In this document: piece after piece, positions 1 to 13,262 of the stretch
How the letters are laid out: each line of letters begins with the position of its first letter
Numbering within the stretch: position 1 is the first letter of the stretch
Assembly (NCBI RefSeq): GCF_018350175.1
Contig: NC_058368.1
Location: 224,442,001 to 224,506,000 of the forward strand
Length of the DNA: 64,000 nt
Direction: 5' to 3'
Source of the DNA: Felis catus
Taxonomy: Eukaryota
Notes under the pieces: generated by a model
Database searches by the model: none
What the model was told of the DNA's origin: nothing
What the model saw: the letters and a program-made list of their open reading frames with translations, nothing else
Translations under genes and position numbers: made by a program

Positions 1-232
1 TGTTTAAGTGGTATATTTACATCATTTATTTTTAAGGCACTTATTGTGCTCTTAGGGCTTAAGTAAGCTATTTTACCATTTGTTTTCTGTTTGTTTCCTC
101 TGTTTCCATTTCTCTGTTTCTCTTTTCTTGTTTTCTTGTGTGTCATGTGAACATTTTTTAAGACCCTTCGATTTATTTGTAGCGTTTTTGAGTGAGACAC
201 TTTGTAATATTTTTTTTGGTGGTTGTTCTGGG

Positions 233-320
233 TATTTGTTCACAACAAATTAGCATAGGGTAGGTGGCTTAAACAACAAACATTTATTTCTCACGGTTTT
301 GGAGGCTGGGAAGTCCAAGT
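233..320. mobile_element. MaLR LTR fragment (MLT1-like)
   Basis: GGTGGCTTAAACAACAAACATTTATTTCTCACGGTTTTGGAGGCTGGGAAGTCCAAG matches the typical MLT1/MST LTR motif. Confidence 0.8.
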
Positions 321-490
321 TTATCTGACTACAGTGATAAAATGATGGGTGTCTTTTATTGTTCCACAGGTCCCAGAGGCTCTGTTTTGTTTTGTTTTGT
401 TTTAACTTCTTTTTACTTTATTTTATGCATTTTCAAAATTGCCTTTAATGATTACTTTACTTTTATTATTACTTTTTAAAAATTCTATTA

Positions 491-685
491 GAGGCGTCTG
501 AGTGGCTCAGTTGGTTAAGGGTCCAACTTCGGCTCAGGTCATGATCTTGCGTCCATAGGTTTGAGCTCTGCATATGGCTCTGTGCTGACAGCTCCCAGCC
601 TGGAGTCTGCCTCGGATTCTGTGTCTCCCTCTCTCTCTGACCCTCCCCCACTCACACTCTGTCTCTCAAAAGTAAATAAACATTA
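491..685 (+). mobile_element. CAN-SINE (SINEC_Fc-type)
   Basis: tRNA-like head GTGGCTCAGTTGGTTAAG, CT-rich body, AATAAA tail. Confidence 0.95.
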
Positions 686-891
686 GGGGCACCTGGGTGG
701 CTCAGTCAGTTAAGCATCTGACTTCTGCTCAGGTCACGATCTCATGGTTTGTGAGTTGGGGCCCTATGTCAGACTCTGTGCTGACAGCTCAGAGCCTGGA
801 ACCTGCTTCAGATTCTGTCTCCCTCTCTCTCTGCCCCTCCCATGCTCATGCTCTGTCTCTCAATAATAAATAAAAGTTAAAAAAAAAAAAA
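686..891 (+). mobile_element. CAN-SINE directly abutting the tail of the previous SINE
   Basis: GGGGCACCTGGGTGGCTCAGTCAGTTAAG head immediately after AATAAACATTA; poly-A tail to 891. Confidence 0.95.
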
Positions 892-2224
892 GTTCAATGT
901 TGGCAGCCCTTGTGGTCTTTTCTAATTCATGTTGTGATTTTCCTTGTTTTGGGCATCATGGGTGATTTTTAAATATATCCTGGACACTTTGACATTTATT
1001 TAAGTAGTTTGGAACATATTTATTCATTTATTTAGTTGCTTACTTACACATTCATTCCTTGACTCGTTGATTCATTTATGCAACCATTCACCCCATTGAA
1101 TTGTATTATGCAGACAGATCATGGTACACTTGTGAGGGCTGTTGTGACAATGACATCAATGTGCAGAGCCTTTACTGAACTACATTGGTCTGGTTGGTTG
1201 GACCTTGTTCATTCCACCTGGGAGGGCAGAGGAGCTTCTCTGAGCCAGACCTTGTGTGGGATAAGAGTCTCCAATCCACAAAAATGATAACGCTTCCTTA
1301 ACAGGTGTTTCTTGTGGCAGAATATTCCCCTCAGTGACAAAGAGTTCTTTATGAGCTGCACATTAATGGCTATACGATAGCCCTCCTGAAAGAGGGCAGT
1401 CTCAGGTGCGATAGGAAAGGACAGTGTTTCTTCTGGCTGCTTACTGTCAGGCAATCCTCATTGCTCATTCTGCTACCCTTCTCTGGTAGTGTTGTCAGGG
1501 CCCTCAAGTCAGTTCAGCAGACAAATGAGTCTACCTGGGCCATGTTCTGTTGCCAGGTTGGATGTCCAAAAGCCCAGGCCTGAGTTGTCTTCTTCCACTG
1601 GCCATACTTACTTTCAGAGTATAAGAAAGATTCTAAGATGGTTCCTCTAGTCTTTGGGTCTCTAATCAAGTTACCAACTCTTTCTACTTTTCACAGGTCT
1701 CTTTTAGTTGTCTCTTGGATTATTTCTAGGAATTATACCTATTCTTAGAGAAAGGGTGCAAGCAGAGATTTGTCTATGATGTTTCAGATGGACCAAATAT
1801 AGCCGTGTCTGAATATCATTTGCATAACAACTCTTCATCTTTTGCTTTACTTTGTTGGCTTAGTTTTTCGGGTATTTTGTTTGTTTTACATGAGCTGTGG
1901 TCCTAGTTGGTTTACATCAAATCTAGATTTAAATATTTTTTGCAATGTATTTACACTGATACTGGATACCTGTTAACTTTTCATTTCTTGTTTTGGTTAT
2001 GTATTTTAAAAGGATTAATCCATTCCTTAAATGTGAAAAACATTACATTAGGTGCAGTAGATGCATTAAAACTTGGGCTTTCTCAATATATTAAATCATA
2101 TTATAGCAAGATTTTGCTGACCTACGAGACGTTTAATCTCTTTAAGGTGACTCAACATTACTTCTCAATTCTGTCATGCATACGTTTTACAGTTGAACTC
2201 TCAAAAATCAATAATGCTTTCCTC

Positions 2225-2380
2225 ATTTCAAGTGTCTTTAACTCACATTACTGGAACCATTTGTTATATGCAATACCATGTTTAATCTTAATGACCATTC
2301 TACATAATAGGTTTTGTTATGCATTTTTCATAGACGTTCAAAAAGGTTAAATAACTTTCCTGTGGTTGAACAGAGATTGA
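2225..2380 (-). mobile_element. MIR fragment
   Basis: Degenerate MIR core: TTTAATCTTAATGACCATTCTAC...AGGTTAAATAACTTTCC. Confidence 0.5.
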
Positions 2381-3031
2381 TTCACATTGCTTTCATTTTA
2401 ATCCTCTTTTCCCACGATAAATTTTAATGAATATACCCGCGTAGAAAATTTCTTAAACTAAAGTTTTTGATCATGCCATCTTGAGAAACTTGGAAAGAAT
2501 AAATGTCAATTGTGTTTGTAAATGCCTATTACTATGATAAAATTGCTAGGACAACAACTTTTGTGCGTAACAGATGCCGACGATAATGTTTTACTTCCTA
2601 GTATTAGTAATCTGCTTCTGTAAGCAAGATCACATAAAGGTAAGCACTAAAGAAAGTGTTTTCCTCAATTATATGATATTGCCTCTTATCTTCAGAGGCA
2701 GAAGTGGCTAATGTTAATTTTTGATTAAACAGTAATTTCAGTGGAAGCTCTTCTTATCTATTTCAATCTAACCAAATCTTAAATTAACTGATGCTTCCTA
2801 TGGCTTCTAAAACAAATATTTACTGGATGCCTTTAATATTGATTTTTCTCCTGATACACCTATGTTTTTTCTCCCACTCTTTGAGTGAAGTGCCTACCAA
2901 GAATCAGTTATGTCTTTTCCCAAACCTGGTTATACAAGTTACATATTATATTGGCAATACATATTTTAATTAAATGGTAGCAAACCTAGTCTATGTGTAC
3001 AAAGTATTTTTCTGTTTAAAAACTACTTTAA

Positions 3032-3244
3032 ATATTTTTTTAATGTTTATTTATTTTTGAGACAGAGAGAGACAGAGCATGAACGGGGGAGGGTCAGAGA
3101 GAGAGGGAGACACAGAATCTGAAGCAGGCTCCAGGCTCTGAGCCATCAGCACAGAGCCCGACAAGGGGCTCGAACTCACGGACCGTGAGGTCATGACCTG
3201 AGCCGAAGTCGGACGCTCAACCAACTGAGCCACCCAGGCGCCCC
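3032..3244 (-). mobile_element. CAN-SINE (SINEC_Fc), young, with TSD
   Basis: CpG-rich full-length copy; TSD TAAAAACTACTTTAA at 3017-3031 and 3245-3259. Confidence 0.97.
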
Positions 3245-5329
3245 TAAAAACTACTTTAATATTGTGTAACTATTTATAAATTCAGTCAACAACAATACTA
3301 CTAAATTAGGTATTTGCAAGAAAGCATCACAATATAGGAAAAAGTAATAAATATTATAGAATTATGTTCTGATTGGCTTCACAGATACTTTTAGGTTCTT
3401 CTCAAAATATTTCAAAGCTATTGAAACTGGACATCAGACTTTGCATTGCTAATGCGGTTTAAGCAAGAAAATGGAGTGCACGATCGAAGGAATCTTGCCT
3501 CAAAAATATTTTTACATTAGGAGACAATATTAATGTATTGTGCATCCTTATTCAAGATATGCTGTTTCACTGTTCCCTTCCATTAGTCAAATTCAAATTT
3601 TGGGCTTTCTTTATCTCTTCTTTCTATTAACTTTCACTTTCACTTATCTTCAATTCACTTGCATTAAATTTCACTTTTTTCTCTTTAATATGTAGTGAAC
3701 AAATTAATTCCAAAATACTTCATCATCAAAGAACAATCTCAGCCGTTCTTTATATATAGAAGGATTCCATAAATCTTCTGTTTCGCAGTGTTTCCAATAG
3801 AATGTTGAAATAAAGAATATATTCCAAATGATGGAATTGCTGCATCAAAAAATACCATCTTGTTAAGTTTTAATACCTACTACCAATTCTAACCTCCAGG
3901 AAGTATATATCAGTGTATCCTGACAGTAATTTATAGAAGTGAGTATTTAGAGTTGGCAACTCTAACAACTTGGTCAACACGGTTGGTTTCCTTCATGATT
4001 TTCTTATTCTCATCAAGCCTAGGGATATTATTGAAACTCACGATGATCAATCACCACATTCCCTAAACTTTTCTGATACTGACCTAAACCATAAACTTGA
4101 TTTCCTCCAGTGCTTGTCTCTGAATTCTCTATGGTTCCAAAAATCTATGGCCAGCCCAATATCTATTTTCTGTTCCAAGTTCTAATGGTATAGTTTCTAT
4201 ATTTATGCTGATTGGACAAAGTGATACAGAGAATCATATTTGAGATTCTACACTTTTGACTCCTTTACATTAAAGGTACAACTATCTTTGGCTATCATCC
4301 AATTGATTATCACCCAAACCATGTATGAGCCTAGAATGTCCTTCAGACACTGGGACTTTAACAAATCCTCTGCTCCCTGGTGAACAACTTCTGTCAAAAA
4401 ATTAATTTCCCTTCTCCAATCCTCATTCCATATGCTAAATATTGAGTCATTTCCAGGTCTTCCTTCTAGCTCTATTATTTCTATATTCTCTGTTAAAGTC
4501 TTCCTTTCTCCCAGCAAGGCTTAACCACAAATAGAAGTTCAACCTTAGATTACCTGTAAAAGTTTATGAACATTTCAAATCTAACAAATTACTCAAATAA
4601 ATATATAAATTACTCAAATATACAAATATCCATATAAAATAGATGGTGGAATTAAAGGAGTAAAAGATAGGCTTCAGATTTAGAACACTTCATCACTTAC
4701 TAGACAATAACTATATCACGTCTTCTCCTACAGGTTCAGTACCCACAGAGGATCAAAGTCTCACATACAATAGATACGAGTAGGTAAACATTACAAGCAG
4801 GAAAATATTACCCTATAATTAGAAATGTGCAATGGATTTTAAAACAATGTAATAAGGAACTTGTGAATAAGAAACTTACCATAAGGAAGAATAATTTTTC
4901 TCCTTGTGATAAATACCTATTTATTTGGCTCCTTAAATTGTCTATGGGGTATGTGAAGATATCTCCATATTTTAAAAATTGGTTCTAATCAGCTGAAAGG
5001 TAATGTCAGAATCTCTGCTCTGGGAAAAAAAAAAAAAGCCCTTAACAAGGACTCTCTTTCACTTCCCACTCTACAGGGTTTAACAGATCGCTTCAAATCA
5101 GCACTAAGAGAAGTAAAAAAGAAATATGTCTTCATATTTATCACAACTTAAAATGAATATTAGTCACAATCCTCCATAAGCCCACACTAACATGCCCTTT
5201 CTTGTTCTCCCATATACCACTCATTTATCCGATTTTACTCAATGAATGTGAGGATCTTATAAATTCTCAACTTCATACCAATGCTCATCTGTCTCTTGTG
5301 TTTTAAATATCATGTGCCCCACAAGTTCT

Positions 5330-6070
5330 TCATGTATTCAGCACTGATTTATTTCTCCTGCAAATACTTTGAATGCTTATTATACAATAAACACTGTTCC
5401 AACCAAAGAGCGAAGAAATCAATACCAAAATTTCTTTCTCTCATACAGATTCTATTACAGGATATGAGTAAAAATAACAAGAACATACCAAGGAGTTGAA
5501 ACTGGTATGTAAATAAAGGGTGTAGGCTAAGAGAGACAGGGTGGTTGACTTTTAATGTTGTAAAGAAGAATGCTATCAGGTGGTAATATTTGAAGAGCAA
5601 AACATATTTGACTTGACAATGTCAAGGAAAAGGCATTCTTTGGAAAGGAAAAAGAAATGGTTAGAGACCAGGCCATAATTTTCCCCAAAGCTTGGTAAAT
5701 GTATGAAACAAAGGAGGCCAATTTGGTTAAAGCCTGATGGGTGAAAGAGACCCCGCAGACTAAAGTCTGGTTGGCAGGTTTGGGTTTGGCCATGGAGGTT
5801 CTTCTGGAAACCTAACCAAGAATCATGGATTTTATTGGTGTTTAAAGGAGAACCAACAGAATTTTTTTTCCCTAAATTTCAGTATAATTAACATACAATA
5901 TTCTAGTAGAAGATATTAATGACAGGGGAGAAATGACATAATGAGTTATGTTTGACGTATCATTTTGACTGCCATCTTGTGAACTGGTTGTAGGGGAGGA
6001 GAATTGGGCAAGTGTGGAAGCAATATAAATGAATGTTTGGGGTGAGGTATTGTCTGTTCATAAGTGAGGG
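5330..6070 (-). mobile_element. L2 (LINE2) 3' region fragment
   Basis: CAAATACTTTGAATGCTTATTATAC...CACTGTTC followed by purine-rich L2-like sequence. Confidence 0.55.
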
Positions 6071-6367
6071 AACAAAATATTAGATGCAGTTCATGACTCT
6101 CAGGGTGTTACACACGACTCAGGGCATGTGCCCATTCCTCTGCAATAACTGCTCACCCAAGCCTCATGGTTCAGTAGCGTCACTCCTACCTCCAAGACCT
6201 CCTGGGTCTCCTCCCCGAGCTGCCACTTCTTCCTGCAACCCCCTAAAAAGTCAGTTGAAGAAAACAATCTCCTCTTTTAAACTCCCCTAGTATTTTATGT
6301 ATATCAGGACATTAAGCAAAAATGTTCTTTAAATAATATCTCATTTTTAAACATACTGATTACAAAT

Positions 6368-6575
6368 TTTTTTTAATGTTCCTTTACTTTTGAGAGAGAC
6401 AGAGACGGAATGAGAGTGGGTGAGGGGCAGAGAGAGAGGGAGACAGAATCGGAAGCAGGCTTCGGGCTCTGAGCTGTCAGCACAGAGCCCGACGTGCGGC
6501 TCAAACTCACAAGCTGTGAGATCAGGACCTGAGCTGAAGTTGGCCGCTCAACCGACTGAGCTACCCAAGCGCCCC
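6368..6575 (-). mobile_element. CAN-SINE
   Basis: Reverse-complement head ending GCGCCCC; flanking ATTACAAAT duplication. Confidence 0.95.
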
Positions 6576-6929
6576 TAATTACAAATATTTTTTAAGGAAA
6601 ACACTCTGAGTCGCTTTCATGTCTCCACATGACTCTCAATGGTGCCTTGGAGACCATTATGCACTACTAGTAAACGTTCAAAAAGGACATGCTTGGGGGG
6701 GAGCAAGGGCTCTTATACAAGATGGCAGGTGAGAGTTGAGAGGCTAGTAGGAGGCAAGCGCGTGACCTGTGGAATAGCACTGTCTCTGAGGACCTAAAGA
6801 CAAGTCCTTCCATGACTTAGCGTATCATGCCTGAGGCTGGAATGCTGCAGTGTACTGTGGGAGCACACAGGAGAAAAGGCCCCAGCGGTTGGACAAGGCT
6901 GCCATGATAACAACGGGCAATGTTTAACC

Positions 6930-7380
6930 ATGGCCATCCAGTTAATCTCTCATCTTCTATGTCTCTCCCTTGAGTGTCCATTCTAGTCACACTGACTTCT
7001 CTCCTATTCCTCAAATGTGCTGATCACTCTCAGGTCTTGGCACGGACCACCTTCCCTGCTTTGATGGTGTCACCAAAGAATCAATTTGTCTGTTTTCTCA
7101 CATCACTCCCTGTCCTGCACGTATGTCACTGCATCAGAATGACCATCCCTAACTGTGTTATACGAAATACTTCCCATTCTATCCCTAATCCTCATTTGAT
7201 TGTTTTCCTTCATACATAGCATTACACATACTCAATCTTTGTTTGCCTTCTGTCTCCAGGGGTGGGTAAAGTTTGTGAAAGCAAAGGCTCTATCTTGCTT
7301 TGTCAACCTACACAGCACCTAGAGCTTTGCACCTAGAATGTTTGTAACATCACTGAATGAATAGTTGAGTGGATGAATGC
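6930..7380 (+). mobile_element. L2 3' end
   Basis: CTAGTCACACTGACTTCTCTCCTATTCCTCAAATGTGC...CAGCACCTAGA...TGAATGAATAG, typical of the L2a 3' terminus. Confidence 0.7.
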
Positions 7381-7955
7381 GTGAAAATGACCTCCATGTA
7401 ATGTTCTAGGATCTGATGAGAGTCTGCTATAAATATGAGGAAAGAGAAAGGGAAATCCAAGCAAAGCTAGTAGTATCTTGATAGGTACCTCCAGGGCACT
7501 GTAGAGAGTTCATTGTGTATAAATGAGTATGAAGGGATGGACCTCAAGGAGAGATCAGGCGTGTTGACCTTAGACAAGTAACGTCAACATGTTTTCATTT
7601 CCTCTTGAGAATAACTGGTGCATTACAGTGGCATCGGCTTTACATTTTAGAAAGGAAAAAAAAAAGCCGCATCTTGTGGAAACCAGATACTGGAATTAGA
7701 ATTGATCAAATTCTGTGTTGATAGCTTTGCTGTAGTTGTTAATGGCGAAATAGGTATATGGAGCCCAACTTTCTCTGTTTTTTTCCACAGATGGCAAGTC
7801 CATTCTCAGAGATGATCTTTCAGATGAAGAATTACAAAACCCTGTAATTCCTTAGATTACTGTCAATTACATGACCAATGCACAAAATGAGCAAGAGAGC
7901 CTCAGAAATGCACATTTGAGAAGTGACCTGACATTTTATTATGTAAGATTTTAGC

Positions 7956-8174
7956 GGGGCGCCTGGGTGGCTCAGGCAGTTGACAGTCCGACTTTGGCTC
8001 AGGTCGTGATCTCACAGTTTGTGGGTTCGAGCCCCACGTCAGGCTCTGTGGTGACAGCTTGGGGCCTGGGGCCTGCTTCAGATTCTGTGTCACTCTTCTT
8101 CTCTCTCTGCTCCTTCCCAGCCTGTACTCTGTCTCTCAGGGATAAATAAACATTAAAATAATAATAATAATAAT
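7956..8174 (+). mobile_element. CAN-SINE with (AAT)n tail
   Basis: GGGGCGCCTGGGTGGCTCAG head, B-box GGTTCGAGCCC. Confidence 0.95.
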
Positions 8175-9084
8175 GTCTTTAGATTTCCTAAATTTGGAAT
8201 TATGACTATCAGTAAAGGATAATTGCTTTAAATAAATGGTTTTTTTAGAATGTTATTTTCCTTGTTAGCCTTCATTCAAAAAAAATAGCAATATGCTTGC
8301 AGTAGATTTCTCACATTATTCTCATTAATATTTATTTATTTGTTTATTTATTCATTTATTTATTTATATTTCCAAGTTATCTGACAGAGCAAAATTGGCC
8401 ACCTTTCAGATGAAATTAACCTAGATTTTTAAGTACAGATAGAACTCAAGCCTGACTTTGAAATGTGTTCATTAATTTTATTAAATTTATTGGAGGCTGA
8501 TTTTGAAATATGTATACGTTTTTTTAAATTTAACAAGGGTTCAGCATATGGATAATTTCAGAGGAAATAATTTTTGTGAAATGTATATATCCCTTAAATA
8601 AATTAGGGTTATACTGAAAAGAACACAAAAAAACTAATACACATGAATAAAAGAATAGTCAATGAGAAGCAATTTGAGATAAATTATGTTCATCCACCTT
8701 TTGCATGAACTGTAAGAATTACATATAAATCACTTTTAATTTCGATAAAAGAATGAAGCTGTAAAAAGGTGCGTCCTTTCTACATCACAGCCTTTCCACT
8801 GTTGACAGTTCATTCTTTCTCAAAATTTTCTCTGCGGCTCCGTCCACATAACTCATGTGAAATCGTTTTCAAATCACTGCCATCCTAATCATTATGTTGA
8901 TAATCCTGCTGATGTATAACATTAAGAACTAAAACTACTTTGCATCTGTCTCACACATAACCGGTGCATAAACACTCTTACCTTCCTTATGAAATACAAT
9001 ACATTCACCTGAATTAATGTTGCACGGTTTTTAGCGACCACTTAATAAACAGAAACTAGTCGAATCAAACCTCTAAGTGTCTTT

Positions 9085-9502
9085 CAAACAGTTTTGCAAA
9101 ATCATACATGGAATGCTCAGTGGAATTTGAGTTTTAGATCTAAAACTCTAGTTTTTAGAGAGTATGTCTCACATATTGCATGGAACACATTTATACTTAA
9201 AATACTACTTGGGGGCGCCTGGATGGCTCAGTTGGTTAAACAACCGACTCTTGACCTCGGCTGAGGTCATGTTCTCACAAATCCTGAGATCAAGCTTCGT
9301 GTCCTGCTCTGAGCTGTCAGCGCTTGTGATTCTCTCCTTGGGTCTCTGCCCCTCTCCTGTTCACATGTGCGCTCTCTCTCTCTCTCTCTCAAAATAAATA
9401 CATAAACTTAAAAGAAGTATGTAAAACACTATTCGTTCCTTATCTGAAATTCAAATTTAAGTGGGCACTTTTCATTAGGAATTTTTGTTTAACCTGACAA
9501 TT
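9085..9502. mobile_element. MER53-like palindromic DNA-transposon MITE, split by a SINE
   Basis: AGTATGTCTCACATATTGCATGGAACACATTTATACT ... ATTCGTTCCTTATCTGAAATTCAAATTTAAGTGGGCA matches the recalled MER53 centre and right arm; left arm degenerate. Confidence 0.7.
9211..9421 (+). mobile_element. CAN-SINE (older type) inserted in MER53
   Basis: GGGGGCGCCTGGATGGCTCAGTTGG head, (CT)n, imperfect TSD TAAAATACTACT/TAAAACACTATT. Confidence 0.93.
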
Positions 9503-10149
9503 TTACTTTCCCATGATCTGCGCTAAGGATAAGCTCTCTTCAATCATATTTTTCAGGAAGTAACATTGACCTAAGTGCTAGATTTTTACATTTTTCCTTA
9601 ATGGACAACAAATTGTTTTGTTTTGTTTTTTCTGGCAGATTACAATTTTCTGGAGTGCTGAAACTGTGTTTTACTGATTTGTGTTTTCATCAGAGTACCA
9701 AGAAGATTTTCTTACTGACAACAGAATTCCGATATTTCCTTATCAGTATGAAATAAAAATATAAAATAAATTCAAACCATTCATATGTTGATGATAGGTG
9801 TTTATTTCAAGAACATGGAATTTTCTGGAAGCCCGAGAAAGGATGAGTGGCTAAGAGATTTAAGTATTGTGGTAGGTGTTAAGGTAACTATTGCAAGGCA
9901 GCATAAAGTTACCTCAAGGAGACAAAATGGTTACATTGCAAGCAATCCAAAAAAACAGAAAGTGGATTGTTATTGACATAATAGTTTGGTCAGGTATCCA
10001 TCAGGGGACTGGACGATAGTTATTCCATTTGCTTTCACTATGTTTCCACTACTTATGCCACAATGACTTCGGACACCTCAATTATTCAACATGGTCCTTA
10101 GATTAACGATTTTCACATAAATTACCTGTCGAAGGGGTAACATTTTGGG

Positions 10150-10266
10150 TGTACTTTGTTTAGTAAAGTTCATTTGATTGATTTTGCTTTACTCTTTTTA
10201 GTGTGAATATTAGAAAATTCAAAATTGTATGTTGGTATGTATTATATTTCACACTAGACATCACTG
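10150..10266. mobile_element. MER3/MER33-like hAT MITE fragment
   Basis: TATTAGAAAATTCAAAATTGTATG...ATTATATTTCACACTAGACATCACTG resembles the MER3/33 terminus. Confidence 0.55.
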
Positions 10267-10358
10267 TGTTAGTAGTGTTGAATTTAAGTTCTGACAAATT
10301 TGGTAGCTCTAAATGAGAGATCTGTTTTTATTTGCTCTTTTAACACTTAGAAAGAAAC

Positions 10359-10360
10359 TT

Positions 10361-10399
<39 letters not shown>

Positions 10400-10402
10400 T
10401 TT
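10359..10402. repeat. (CT)n + poly-T microsatellite
   Basis: Directly visible. Confidence 0.9.
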
Positions 10403-11084
10403 AATCTCGTTTGTTTTGGTTCTTTTACCTTTTTAAAAAAAATGAAGCAGGAATAAATGTAAGACCTAATTATATAAAAATGAATTTGTTTTCAGAATAT
10501 ATTTCGCATTTCATGCATAAATTAGTAATAATAATTTGACATTTATTTCCATACAGTAATTTACCAGAAATGTATCAAATTAATAAAGAACCAAAAAACA
10601 TGTGTCAGCTCTTTTAACTGTCCACAATTTGCATTTTACTACATTTGTTCCTCTGAGAAAAGCGTTTACATAACGCAGTTTAAATTATCATGCTAAACTA
10701 AAATGAACATTTATTTCATGCTTTATTTATAATTTGGTTGACACCTAAGCACTGTGAAATAAAGAATCCTACTCCTAATAATATTTCTCTTGGTTAATAA
10801 AAGTTTGCTAAATAATCTTTTTAGCATTCCCTATGAAAATGAGAGCATTTATTATTTAAGAATTAGTATGTGTTAACTATTTCATTTTCTGCAAACTAAA
10901 CCCCTACAGGAATCTTGCTATTAAATCACTAGCTGCTATTTAGCAATTGTAGACAAACTTTGTGAACACGCGCTAGGTACAAATGCCTTTACACTTCACG
11001 GATCAAGGTTAAACCCATCTTGTCTCACTGTCCAGGTGACTTAAGGCATCAGAAGTATTCAGAGATCATTCATTATTTCTTTGC

Positions 11085-11358
11085 CTTTTTTAGCGTTATT
11101 TAAATCCAAGTTAGTGAATAAATAGTGTAAAAGTGGTTTCAGTTGTAGATTTAGTGATTCACCGCTTTGTTACAACATCCAAAGCTCATCCCAACAGGTG
11201 CCCTCCTTAATGCCCATCCCCCATTTAGCCCCTCCCCCATGCACCTCCCCTGCGGCCAGTCTGTTCTCTGTATTGAAGTTTGTTATGTTTGCCCCCCTGT
11301 CTGTTTTTATCTTATTTTTCCTCCCCTTGCCCTCTGTTCATGTGTTTTGTTTCCTTAA
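11085..11358 (-). mobile_element. Carnivore L1 (L1_Carn/L1_Fc-type) 3' UTR fragment
   Basis: TTTAGTGATTCACC...CTCATCCCAACAGGTGCCCTCCTTAATGCCCATC is the characteristic carnivore L1 3' end in antisense. Confidence 0.85.
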
Positions 11359-13009
11359 ACCCTCTGCTGCTCTGTACATCTCATTTGGCCCAAAGCCCAT
11401 AGCTAATAGCCCCGCTACAAAAAAAGTAAGTGTTCGCGTGAATTTAGCATTTATTTTTGATGTTGTATGTAATTAATTAAGTAAACCTCCCAAGAGTTTT
11501 GTCAGGTAAGTCGTATCATTACCATGTTATCGATAGGAACCTAGACGTTTAAACTTGACGTTTAAACTTGCCCTCTGTTTTAAAATCAGAATTCGCAGCA
11601 ATAGACCCTGGACAATGGCACTTTGCTTAAAGCATTGATTTATGTAACATAAATATTATATATTTGCCATTACACTGCAGCTAACGGTACAATCTCCATG
11701 GATATTTTACAGTACTTAGCGATAATAATTGTTAGTAAATGCTATTTAATTGAGATGTGGTCTAAGTAAAAATGGAGACTTAAGTTATTGTTTGGTATAC
11801 ATTTTGCAGATATTTCATTTAATAATAAATATGCAGAGAAACATATCTGTATTAGCTGAATATATCAGAATATATTACTGAAATATATTTATTGAACACT
11901 ATGTGGGCCAAAGTAACATTTGTACTGTTGCTCTACTGATAAGACCCTTGGATGTTTCGATCTAATTACTCGAAACATAAGATAACATTTATCACACAGT
12001 GATTTTTTGGTAATATTCTACCAGTGATTGTTATTTTTCAGTATACGATGTGATGTTCTTTAAGTAATTTATGATTGGAATTCAAATTTATAGGCCTGCA
12101 ATTTATTGAATGTTATTTCCCTTCCTCTATCACATTTCCCCTTCCTTTACACATTAATGTAATTAGAAGTTGTTTTATAGCTCTGTCAGAATTGTTAAAA
12201 TATTTAGTGCTTTAAAATATTAATCAGGAATCATTACATATTCATTTAAAGACTTTCTGACTAACTGACATGAAGGGAAATGAAAAATGAAATATCTCCC
12301 ATAAAGCCATTGAAAGAAAATAAAACTGTCTATAAAATATCCATTAGATGAAATGAATCCCTACGGTCCCCTGGACTTGAACTCATCAAACTTCATGATG
12401 AACGCTTCTTTGTCTTTTTAACGTAAAAATGTGTAGTTTTCAATTAGCAGACTTTTAATTTACTTTAAAATTGAAATTGCTAATTAATCAGTTTCAAACA
12501 CTAAATTTTTGATACATTAGGGGCTTTACTCTCCTATCAAAAATGTGTATGGATAAGCCCTGCTTAAATAGTATTCGTTTATATTGAGACAACTATTTGA
12601 CTCATTTCCCCATTCAGATAAACTTTTCCGTTTCAGAAATTTCCTATCTCCATGATTCTTTTCTTTGTTCGCATGCTGAACCATCATGGTTGTCATCGTG
12701 CCTCAACATTAATTAGTAAGTACTTTTATGGCATATGGAACATGAATGACCTAAATACGTGCTCCGTCCTGTAGATACATAGGTTTGGCACGTGTGATGT
12801 TTTCATTTCAAAACCAACACCAGAAAAAGAAAAAGCAAACAGATTTGGAGTGTCCAATTCCTGAGCTGTTGTCACCATTTCAGAATGTTCTCTCCTTCTC
12901 CGGACAACACCTTCGTGTGCTCGCTCTAAGAGAAACTCGCCTCTCCCCTGAGGACACTGCTCCCCCTGAGAAATGTATTCCCCACAAGGGATGGTCATTT
13001 CAATTGTTT

Positions 13010-13260
13010 GTTTTTCTACTTTTTCTTAGCCTTAGTGAGATAGAATTTAATTACAGTAAACTGCACAAACTGTGTACAACATAATAAATTCTGACATACG
13101 GGTACATCTGTGGATCAATCAGCACCAAGTATCGAACATATTCATCCGTCTTCCCCAAAAGTTTGCCCAAGCACCTACAGCTGTAAACTTGGTCCAGAAC
13201 CCTCCACCTGTCCCAGGGGACCACTGATCATCATTCTGTCAGTTATGTGCTTTATCTTCT
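13010..13260 (-). mobile_element. Old L1 (L1MB/MC-type) 3' end fragment
   Basis: TGAGATAGAATTTAATTACAGTAAACTGCACAAA...GTACAAC...AATTCTGACA...GAACATATTCATC...CCCCAAAAGTT. Confidence 0.7.
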
Positions 13261-13262
13261 CT

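Larger units (their letters stand above)
1..1800 (-). mobile_element. Degraded old L1 (L1M-type) 5'/ORF1-region fragments, interrupted by an LTR piece and SINEs
   Basis: T-rich strand with L1M-like phrases (TTGTTCCACAGGTCCCAGAGGCTCTGTTT; TATATCCTGGACACTTTGACATT); no intact ORF; boundaries approximate. Confidence 0.5.

Noticed and set aside
1907..2350. 147-aa plus ORF
   Set aside because: Non-ATG start, AT-rich codon composition, overlaps a MIR relic, no recognisable domain
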